Shown here one piece after another: positions 9,943 to 17,800 of a stretch of 64,000 nt of DNA. A model generated the notes under the pieces. The model was given only the letters and a program-made list of their open reading frames with translations, did no database searches and was not told the origin of the DNA. Both the position numbers and the translations under genes were made by a program. The stretch covers positions 896,001 through 960,000 of the forward strand of contig CAXXXD010000004.1 of the NCBI GenBank assembly GCA_963663385.2, written 5' to 3'. This DNA is from Oceanispirochaeta sp. GTDB lineage: Bacteria > Spirochaetota > Spirochaetia > DSM-2461. How positions within the stretch are numbered: the first letter of the stretch is position 1; each line of letters opens with the position of its first letter.

Positions 9943-12778
9943 ACTTAACTTCTTCTTTCTCCGTATTAACATCAGCGATATTGTCGAAATTTCCTGTTAT
10001 TCCAACCCTTTCCCGCAGTTCTTTCAGTGATTTGGGGCGGTCCGGATCATCCAGCCGTCCCAGAACCGCGTAGATCTGCTGAGGTTCCGACTTCCCTTTA
10101 ACCTTGATCTTGTTCATGGGAACCAGGTCGAATATCCCTTCGACCACGTCCGCAGTTCCCTGGGAAATAAGCAGATCCGTACCCATGGGTTTATTCAGGG
10201 CTTCAATTCGGGAAGCCAGGTTTACGGCATCTCCAATTACAGTATACTCCATCCTTTCATTTGAACCGATCTGGCCGGCCAGAACGTCCCCGCTGTTCAG
10301 TCCGCATCCAACCTTGATTATCGGTTTCCTGTCGCCTCCGCGGCCCTGGTTGAATTTCCTCAGGGCCGTCCGCATCATAAGAGCGCCGTTTATCGCATTT
10401 TCCGCATCGTTCCCATGGGAAATGGGAGTCCCCCATACAGCCATAATAGCATCGCCGATATACTTGTCCACCACGCCGTGCGTCCGGTTGACGCAGTCAA
10501 CCATAAGGGTCATATACTCATTCAGGAATGTAACCACTTCGCTTGGAGTCAGTTTTTCCGATATGGCTGTAAATGAACGGATATCTGAAAAGAATATGGT
10601 GGCCGGTTTGATCTCCCCGCCCAGCTGGATCTCACCCCGTTCAGCCAGTTCGGCCATCTCCCTGTTAACGAAACGGCCAAAGGCATCCTTGATCCTCTCT
10701 TTTTCTTCCAGCCCCATCCCCATGTTGACAAAAGCCCTTGTGAGGACACCGATCTCATCCTGGGTTCTGGGTTTTAAGAGGAGATTGTAATCCCCGTCTT
10801 CGATTTTCTTTGTGGCCGATACCAGTTTTCTGATGGGATTGGAGAGTGATTTGGAGTAGAAGTAGATGATCAGTATGGCCATGGCCACAAACATGATCAT
10901 CAGCAGGATATTCCGCCGCTGGATCCTGTAAATCCCTTCAAAAGCCAGTTTCTCGGGAACCGTGGTAATTACACCCAGCCGGCCGAAAGCTATTTTCTTG
11001 TAGGAACCCAGATAGAATTCATCCTGCTCCTGTTCAAAACGGATCTGACCGTTATTTACGGCAGAGGAAAAAAGCTCCTGTACAATGGGAAGGTCACCCA
11101 TATTGATCCCGGAGGTTACAACTGTCGTATCAGGATGGGCAATAAGGTACCCCTCCGAGTCGACGATGAATGTGTCGGTGATGCCCCGGGACTGGACGGC
11201 TTTCTGAAGGGACTGCCTTATATCCGTCAGTATCAGAAGGGTTTTTATGCCCTTTTCCTGTTTATAGGGAATGGTCATACCCAGCATGGGGATGCCAAAG
11301 TAGGTGGAGACGTTAAATACCGACGGTGTTCCGCCTCCGGCCAGTCGTATCTGTTCGGGGTAGTCCTCCAGTATTCCCTTGATAAACTCTTCTGATATTC
11401 CCAGTTCTCCCATCAGGCTGCTGTTAAAGAACATTCGTTCTTCACCGGCTATACCTACAAAGAGGATATTTTTTTCGCTGCGGAAGAAGTAGTTCATATA
11501 GTTCTGTTCTTCCGGTGTTTCACCATAGCCGGCGCCCAGGAGCAGCAGGGAGGCGCTATTCCCTATTTTCAGCAAATTCTCTTCAGTCTGGGACGCTATG
11601 GTTTCAGACAGCTTCAGATTGCTTTCCTCCACTCGAACCTGGCTGTCCTGAAGGAAAAAGAGGGTCGCCAGCATAATCATCCCCATCAGGGCCGCCACAA
11701 TAATCAGTGATGTGATGATACTCATCTTTATCCCTATCGGGTAGCGGATAACAGTGCCCGGTTCCGGTTTTATCCGCTTATCAATCTCTATTTCTTCAGC
11801 AGATTCTTCTATCTGCGGTTCTATGGTTTTCCTGGGACTGCTTCTGTCTATCCCGAGATTTTCAATGGCCACAGCGGATTCCGGGTTAAACAGAATGGTG
11901 TCCGTTTCAATGCGTTTTTCCTCTTCCGGGTTGTAGGAGATGATCTTTTCGGGAGGTTCCGCCTGAGTTACCAGTGAAATGGTCTGGTCCGGAGCTGAGA
12001 GTACCGACAGAATCCGGACAGGTATCTTCTGGGAGGTCCAGAACTCCTCAGGGGTCTCCCGGGTTTTCATAATAAAGTAATAGGGTAGAAGCGGGCTCTT
12101 TTCTTCCTGATCCGTCGGGAATTCCAGGGCTCCGTGAAACTGCAGGATCCGATCGCTTTTCCACTGTCTGATATGGGCTATCAGGGCAAGGGGATCATCC
12201 ATTGCTGTCAGATCTACATAACTCAGGGAGAGATACTCGCCTCTTCCTGCCATACGGAGTACAGGATCGGGGATGGTAAAATCCAGCTGCCCCCCGACGG
12301 TTCTGTTCATGCTTATGGGTCGGATGGGGAAGCGTTCGGGAAGGACAAAACCGGCCCGGCCAAACAGGCCGGTAACCCACTGGACCGCTTTGTCATTGAT
12401 GTTTTCCACTGCCGGGTAGATAATCTGCCGGGAAGGGGTAACAAAAGATCCGAATTCATCGGCCAGGGAGATGTTGTCCCGGAGCTGACGGATCTGCTTC
12501 ATCAGAGTCAGGAGCAGGGATCTGTCATTTCTGTCGAATCCCCTGCTGGCTGTTCCCCGTTTGGATACCAGCTGTCCTCCCAGGTACGCCAGGCGTGCCA
12601 TGGTCATGAGATTCAGAAACCCCGCCATATGATAGAGACCGGAGAATTGATGAATCAATCCCGGTACGGCCTGGGACTTCTGATTGAGGGCGGATCTGGT
12701 CAGAGATTCAATCTCCTCTATTTGCTGATCCAGTACGTTCAGGTACTTTTTATAATAGTCAGTCGTATTCTGAGGCAT
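9926..12778 (-). CDS. Class III adenylate cyclase: N-terminal extension, TM, Cache-like sensor, TM, HAMP, catalytic domain
   Basis: Catalytic motifs FSDIRSFT, DKYIGDAIMA, EYTVIGDAVNLASRIE and KVKGK; HAMP PIRKLVSATKKIEDGDY..DEIGVLTRAF. Lys plus Thr at the specificity positions suggests ATP as substrate. Confidence 0.92.
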   Translation of the reverse strand: MPQNTTDYYKKYLNVLDQQIEEIESLTRSALNQKSQAVPGLIHQFSGLYHMAGFLNLMTMARLAYLGGQLVSKRGTASRGFDRNDRSLLLTLMKQIRQLRDNISLADEFGSFVTPSRQIIYPAVENINDKAVQWVTGLFGRAGFVLPERFPIRPISMNRTVGGQLDFTIPDPVLRMAGRGEYLSLSYVDLTAMDDPLALIAHIRQWKSDRILQFHGALEFPTDQEEKSPLLPYYFIMKTRETPEEFWTSQKIPVRILSVLSAPDQTISLVTQAEPPEKIISYNPEEEKRIETDTILFNPESAVAIENLGIDRSSPRKTIEPQIEESAEEIEIDKRIKPEPGTVIRYPIGIKMSIITSLIIVAALMGMIMLATLFFLQDSQVRVEESNLKLSETIASQTEENLLKIGNSASLLLLGAGYGETPEEQNYMNYFFRSEKNILFVGIAGEERMFFNSSLMGELGISEEFIKGILEDYPEQIRLAGGGTPSVFNVSTYFGIPMLGMTIPYKQEKGIKTLLILTDIRQSLQKAVQSRGITDTFIVDSEGYLIAHPDTTVVTSGINMGDLPIVQELFSSAVNNGQIRFEQEQDEFYLGSYKKIAFGRLGVITTVPEKLAFEGIYRIQRRNILLMIMFVAMAILIIYFYSKSLSNPIRKLVSATKKIEDGDYNLLLKPRTQDEIGVLTRAFVNMGMGLEEKERIKDAFGRFVNREMAELAERGEIQLGGEIKPATIFFSDIRSFTAISEKLTPSEVVTFLNEYMTLMVDCVNRTHGVVDKYIGDAIMAVWGTPISHGNDAENAINGALMMRTALRKFNQGRGGDRKPIIKVGCGLNSGDVLAGQIGSNERMEYTVIGDAVNLASRIEALNKPMGTDLLISQGTADVVEGIFDLVPMNKIKVKGKSEPQQIYAVLGRLDDPDRPKSLKELRERVGITGNFDNIADVNTEKEEVKYEIMD

Positions 12779-12826
12779 GCCTTTTCTCCGTTGGGGCTGC
12801 GGTTTCTCCCGGTTTCTCTCATCTTA

Positions 12827-12854
12827 TTATCTGCTTTTTTTAATGAAAGGATTA
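12827..12854 (-). promoter_or_regulatory. Sigma28-like promoter of the cyclase operon
   Basis: Minus strand reads TAAT-N16-GCAGATAA. Confidence 0.4.
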
Positions 12855-12937
12855 GCCTTTTCTGGGATGGAACGGGTTTTCAGGCTGAGAAATCGTCCCG
12901 GCGGGTTTATACTAGAAGTAAAGGCTTGTAAAAAAGC

Positions 12938-12965
12938 TGAACAGGATGACGGGCTCTGCCGATAA
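12938..12965 (+). promoter_or_regulatory. Sigma28-like promoter of the lipoprotein pair
   Basis: TGAA-N16-GCCGATAA, with a perfect FliA -10 box. Confidence 0.5.
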
Positions 12966-13031
12966 TCACCATAATGTATGGTATGCAGAGCGGCATACCA
13001 TACATCACAGACAGGGGGAGGTTTGAGAGGT

Positions 13032-13379
13032 TTGAAGTATTACGGGAAGATTCTGTTTCGCAGTTTGATCCTCTGTATTATTCTTACAGCGATTTCAGCC
13101 TGTTATGACCGCTATCCCTATTTTATACAGGTTCCCGAATTTTCCCTGTCCTATCCGGAAGACGGGTCGGCCGGGGTTGTGATCACTATTTCAACCCCCG
13201 ATGAAAAGAACCTGATCCGTTATACCACCGACGGCAGTATGCCTTCGGAATCAGAGGGATTCCTTTATGAAAATCCCGTCAGTTTAACAACGGCAACAAC
13301 CCTGCGGGCCGTTGCCTACCGGGAAGGGTATCCGGCAGGACCTGTAACAGAGTATTACTATGATCCCCAGAATGATTAA
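13032..13379 (+). CDS. Small lipoprotein with an FN3-associated/chitobiase C-terminal-like domain
   Basis: Lipobox-like ILTAISAC; IRYTTDGSMPS..YENPVSL..TLRAVAY. TTG start at 13032 is inferred. Confidence 0.7.
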   Translation: MKYYGKILFRSLILCIILTAISACYDRYPYFIQVPEFSLSYPEDGSAGVVITISTPDEKNLIRYTTDGSMPSESEGFLYENPVSLTTATTLRAVAYREGYPAGPVTEYYYDPQND

Positions 13380-14796
13380 GCGATTTTTTCTTTACATACT
13401 GGCAGCTCTGCTGCTTTTCTCCTGTCCCAGTCCTGTCAGTAAATCAGATGACAGCAGTGATGAGGATGATAAAACCGCAGACGCCATATTTGAATCCTTT
13501 TATCTGGCACCGCAATTCAACACAAGCCTGGATGAGACTGTTATCGGTGAGATAGGTGAGGATTCGATTCTCCTTGTCGTACCCGGATCGGCGGACAACA
13601 CCATGTTTATTGTCTCTTATGATACAGATGCCGTAACGGTTACAGTAGATGGAAATGTTCAGACAAGCGGAAACTCCTCTCAGGATTTTTCCGGTTCCGT
13701 CGAATATTCTCTGACATCCGAATCGGGTAATGTTCACACCTATACGGTTAGCATGATTCATACAGGAGAGTGGAACCATATGGAAGGTTCCCCCGTAGGC
13801 ATGGGTTCTCTGCCGCAGATTGGATTCCTGCACGGGATCTTCCCCGAATTAATCTATCTGGACAGCGTGTCCACCCAGCTGCGGAGTCTCTACTTCAATG
13901 CTTTTGACAGCAGTTTCTGGGTCCCCTTTTCGGGGACGGGGCATTTCGGGGTGCCCAGTATTACACAGTATTCAAGTCGTAACGCTGACGGACCGGTATG
14001 GGCCGCCTATATCAATAACGCCCTTCCGGATTCTCTTCAGCTCTACAAATTCGATTCAGGGAGCGGCTGGATGGATGTTGCGCCCATGCCTTTGGTTATC
14101 ACCGGTCCGGCTGACAGTCTGAACCTCTTTTCCGCCTATCATGATTCAGTCTGTCTGAGTCTGATAAACGGTGCGGATTCCCTGAAAAGGGCGGAACTCT
14201 GGCAGTTTAACGGAGCCTGGTCCCAGATCGGCGGGGGGGCCCTGTCCGATGATACGGCTGTTTCTCTGTGTGCCGCAGAACTGAACACCGGAATCTGGGC
14301 TGCCGCCACCTATGAAGAGTATCCGGACAGCCTCTATCTCTATCAGTACAATTATGGTACGGGAATCTGGTCATTCGAAACGGTCGCCCTGTCCTCCTAT
14401 CTGGTTCACAGCCTTTTTCAGAACGAAGACACGGGCCAGCCTCTGCTGGTTGCCAGCTGTGTGAACGGGGAGGATCCCTCTCAAGTTGATATCAAATGGT
14501 TATCCTGGGACCCTGAAAACAGCGGGTTTACCGACTTTGTCTCTCCTCTGACACTGCCTGCGGCATTAACTGATCCTCTGGATCCGGTTTTTTACGACAA
14601 TACCCCCCTTATCGCCACTTCAGGTTCTGTTTATGAGTATATTAACGAAGGGTGGCGCGAACTGGGCGGTGAAGCCTACTGTGACCCCCCCGCAAGTTCT
14701 TTTTCCGTTGCAGCAGCTTCCGAAGGAATCCGCTTTGTCTCATACCAGGATTCTGATACCTTAGAGATTAGAATAAAAATGGTTGAGTTGGAGTAG
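13372..14796 (+). CDS. Lipoprotein with an N-terminal Ig-like domain and a Trp-rich beta-propeller-like region
   Basis: Lipobox LLLFSC; QTSGNSSQDFSGSVEYSLTSESG..YTV; repeated strands ending in Trp. Confidence 0.65.
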   Translation: MIKRFFLYILAALLLFSCPSPVSKSDDSSDEDDKTADAIFESFYLAPQFNTSLDETVIGEIGEDSILLVVPGSADNTMFIVSYDTDAVTVTVDGNVQTSGNSSQDFSGSVEYSLTSESGNVHTYTVSMIHTGEWNHMEGSPVGMGSLPQIGFLHGIFPELIYLDSVSTQLRSLYFNAFDSSFWVPFSGTGHFGVPSITQYSSRNADGPVWAAYINNALPDSLQLYKFDSGSGWMDVAPMPLVITGPADSLNLFSAYHDSVCLSLINGADSLKRAELWQFNGAWSQIGGGALSDDTAVSLCAAELNTGIWAAATYEEYPDSLYLYQYNYGTGIWSFETVALSSYLVHSLFQNEDTGQPLLVASCVNGEDPSQVDIKWLSWDPENSGFTDFVSPLTLPAALTDPLDPVFYDNTPLIATSGSVYEYINEGWRELGGEAYCDPPASSFSVAAASEGIRFVSYQDSDTLEIRIKMVELE

Positions 14797-14851
14797 AGCA
14801 GGAAAGGGCTTTATGCTATCCTAGGCAAAACCCGTTCATCAGGAGATAATT

Positions 14852-16219
14852 ATGAGTAAACTCTGGCAGAAAAACTATGAGCTGAATGAGCTGATTGAAG
14901 AGTTTACCGTAGGGATTGATTATATTCTGGATCAGAAACTGATTCCCTCGGACTGTGTGGCCAGTCTGGCACACGCGACTATGCTTACATCCATAGGTAT
15001 CCTCACGGAGGATGAGAAATTGTCTCTTGCCGCAGGTCTGCGGCAGATCCTGAAAGAACACCGCAACGGGAACTTTCCCATCCTCCGGTCCGATGAGGAC
15101 GGTCATACGGCTATTGAAAACCGTCTGGTGGATCTGGCAGGGGAGGCCGGGAAAAAAATCCATACAGGCCGCAGCCGGAACGACCAGGTGGTTACAGCCA
15201 CCCGGGTATACGCCCGTTCCCGGGTCCTGCAGCTGATCCGTCAGGGAGGAATCCTGACCCGTTCCCTGCTGACTCTGGCCGAAACTCATAAAAACACACC
15301 CATGCCGGGCCGGACCCATATGCAGATTGCCATGCCCTCATCGGTTGGACTCTGGGCAGCCAGTTTTGCCGAAGAGATGCTGGACAGCCTGCGTCTGTTA
15401 ACCGCGGCCTGGGAGATCCTGGATCAGAATCCTCTGGGAGCCGCCGCCAGTTATGGAGTCCCCCTTAAGCTGGACCGGGCCATGACAGCCCGTCTTATGG
15501 GTTTCTCCCGGGTTCAGAATAACGTGCTGTATGTCAATAACTCCCGGGGCAGGATGGAGCTGATGGTTCTGGATATTCTGGACCAGATGGCTCTGGGCAT
15601 GAGCAAGATGGCCCAGGACCTGATCCTGTTTTCTCTCCCCGAATTCGGGTATTTCAGTCTCCCCATGGAGCTGTGCAGCGGGTCCAGTATTATGCCCCAG
15701 AAGAAGAATCCCGACGGTCTGGAGCTTATGAGAGCCAAAGCCGGAACAATCAGCGCCTGCGGGACTCAAATCAGAAATATCCTGCGCTCCCTCCCATCCG
15801 GCTATAACCGGGATTTTCAGGAAACAAAAGAGCCTTTTATAAAGGGATGCGATATAACCCTCCAGTGCCTGAGGGTTATGACCCTGACATTCGACAAGCT
15901 TCAGGTAAATCCCGAAAAACTGAAGGAAGGGTTTTCTACAGATATATACGCAACCGATGTCGCTTTGAATCTGGTGGCCGGCGGAATGAGCTTCCGGGAT
16001 GCCTACAGGGAAGTGGGGCTGAACCTTGATAAGCTGGGGCAGCAGAATCCGGATGAGTCCATCACATCCCGGACATACCCCGGGACAACGGGCAATCTGG
16101 CGCTGGAACAGGCGGAAGCTTCTCTGGAAGAGCTGATGAAAACCTGTGAGTCCAGAGAAGAGCATATTGCTGCTGCTGTGAAATCTCTTATGGGAGAGGA
16201 TGTCTCTCTTATTCTTTAG
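14852..16219 (+). CDS. argH: Argininosuccinate lyase
   Basis: KIHTGRSRNDQV, MPGRTHMQIA, GSSIMPQKKNPD, LPSGYNRDFQE. Confidence 0.95.
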   Translation: MSKLWQKNYELNELIEEFTVGIDYILDQKLIPSDCVASLAHATMLTSIGILTEDEKLSLAAGLRQILKEHRNGNFPILRSDEDGHTAIENRLVDLAGEAGKKIHTGRSRNDQVVTATRVYARSRVLQLIRQGGILTRSLLTLAETHKNTPMPGRTHMQIAMPSSVGLWAASFAEEMLDSLRLLTAAWEILDQNPLGAAASYGVPLKLDRAMTARLMGFSRVQNNVLYVNNSRGRMELMVLDILDQMALGMSKMAQDLILFSLPEFGYFSLPMELCSGSSIMPQKKNPDGLELMRAKAGTISACGTQIRNILRSLPSGYNRDFQETKEPFIKGCDITLQCLRVMTLTFDKLQVNPEKLKEGFSTDIYATDVALNLVAGGMSFRDAYREVGLNLDKLGQQNPDESITSRTYPGTTGNLALEQAEASLEELMKTCESREEHIAAAVKSLMGEDVSLIL

Positions 16220-17456
16220 GAGAAGAGACGGATGACTCCTGCTGATCGTCCGCCAGTTCCTGAATCTGTTTAATCAGTTCACGGAGTTTCCGGGTTTCTT
16301 CCCTGCTGTCTGCCAGTTCAGATTCCAGGTTCATGTTTTCCTGAGCAAGAAAGGTTTCCGATTTTTTCAGAGAATCAGACTGTTCCTGTGCTTCCGCCAG
16401 TTTCCGGGTAAAGCTGGTGCGCAGTTCGGTCAGCTCTTTCTGATGACGGAGTCTCATCTCTTCTACCGCAGGATCCGTTTTATTAAGGGCTTCCTCTTCT
16501 TCAAGGGTGTCTTCCCAGTCCAGTGGCTGCATTTCGACGATAAGACGTGAGTCTTCCAGCTCTCCCGGCAGCAGACGGAATGATTCGTCTCTATACCCCC
16601 GTTTTCTCAGGAGGATGGTCAGTTCCGTATCCGGCAGGAAGAGCCCCGATACTTCCGAATACCCGTTCAGGCGTCCATTGATATAGATCTGGGCGCCCTC
16701 CGGGCTGCTTAGAATCTGCAGGTAAACAAGATCCTCCCGTTCTACGGCCACATCATCGGGAGATTCGCTTCTGAAAACCTCTTCGTCATTCAAGGTGAAA
16801 GCCTGAACTTCCGGAATTTCAGTTTCGTCCTTCTTCAGCTCCAGTTTCTCCATAGGCTCAAGGGATTTCAGAAGGGTTTCCTTCTGGTTGTCATCCAGTG
16901 TCAGAACAGCCACCATCCCATCCAGAACGGAAACAACCGTACGTCCCCCCGGAAGGGCCTGTACCATAAATTCCGTTCCTTCCACGCGGTAGATCCTTTC
17001 CTGAGCAAGAATCTGAAGGTTTTCGCTGTTCATCAGCTCTTCCACTTTGTAAATCATGGATCCTGTCAGCAGTTCCGTCCTGATGTCCGCATCTTTGTTT
17101 CCGCTCAGGAGTTTTCTGATTTTTACCAGAGTATTGCTGCGGATTTTCAGGCTGGCTGTACCGGCAAAACTGACCTGACACAGGGAGTCGTCCACTACTT
17201 TGATAATATCCCCTTCCTGTACACGGTCTCCCGGCAGGGGGATAATCATCTTTTCGGCCCGGATTATATAGACTTCTCCGGAAATCCGTGTAATGACAGC
17301 TTCTCCTTCTTCGGCGGGTCTTATCTTTTCAGGTCCGGATGTACCGGATTCGGAATCCGGTCTGTTAAACAGAGTATCAGAGTAAAAATAGAGAAGCCCT
17401 GCCGCCAGCAGGACTCCCGATATAAAAAAGGATAAGGATTTCACAGCCTGTCTCAT
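16209..17456 (-). CDS. Membrane-anchored FecR-domain protein with a PEGA domain and C-terminal coiled coil
   Basis: TM; FecR-like GDIIKVVDDSLCQVSF..YRVEGTEFMV..VSVLDG; PEGA-like ILSSPEGAQIYING..RKRGY; heptad-rich tail. Confidence 0.75.
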   Translation of the reverse strand: MRQAVKSLSFFISGVLLAAGLLYFYSDTLFNRPDSESGTSGPEKIRPAEEGEAVITRISGEVYIIRAEKMIIPLPGDRVQEGDIIKVVDDSLCQVSFAGTASLKIRSNTLVKIRKLLSGNKDADIRTELLTGSMIYKVEELMNSENLQILAQERIYRVEGTEFMVQALPGGRTVVSVLDGMVAVLTLDDNQKETLLKSLEPMEKLELKKDETEIPEVQAFTLNDEEVFRSESPDDVAVEREDLVYLQILSSPEGAQIYINGRLNGYSEVSGLFLPDTELTILLRKRGYRDESFRLLPGELEDSRLIVEMQPLDWEDTLEEEEALNKTDPAVEEMRLRHQKELTELRTSFTRKLAEAQEQSDSLKKSETFLAQENMNLESELADSREETRKLRELIKQIQELADDQQESSVSSPKE

Positions 17457-17457
17457 C

Positions 17458-17781
17458 TCAGGGCCTCCATGTTTCTTTCAAACTCCTGAGGACAAGGTCG
17501 CACTCTTTCCGGGGCAGTTCCTGACAGGCTGATTCAAAAAGCCGGATGACCCGTTTCATACTGAAACGGCCATCTGTACTCATGGAGGAAGGGTTCCCTC
17601 CCTCTCCTTTCTGCCAGGTAAGACAGCGCTGGACTGATTTCTTGTCATAACAGAGCTGAAATCCCAGAATCGTCTCCAAGTCTGAATCATACCAGATAAT
17701 AAGGTCCATGTTTTCATCCACGAACCATCTTCTGGGGCCTTCTTCCGGGATCTGTCTTACACCTTCAATCTCAACCAGCAT
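17458..17781 (-). CDS. 107-aa hypothetical protein, probably of a conserved family
   Basis: GGAGGA RBS before ATG 17781; motif-like RRWF..DLIIWY..GFQLCYDK; tightly packed in an operon. Confidence 0.7.
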   Translation of the reverse strand: MLVEIEGVRQIPEEGPRRWFVDENMDLIIWYDSDLETILGFQLCYDKKSVQRCLTWQKGEGGNPSSMSTDGRFSMKRVIRLFESACQELPRKECDLVLRSLKETWRP

Positions 17782-17800
17782 GCATCCTCCGCAGGAGGAA

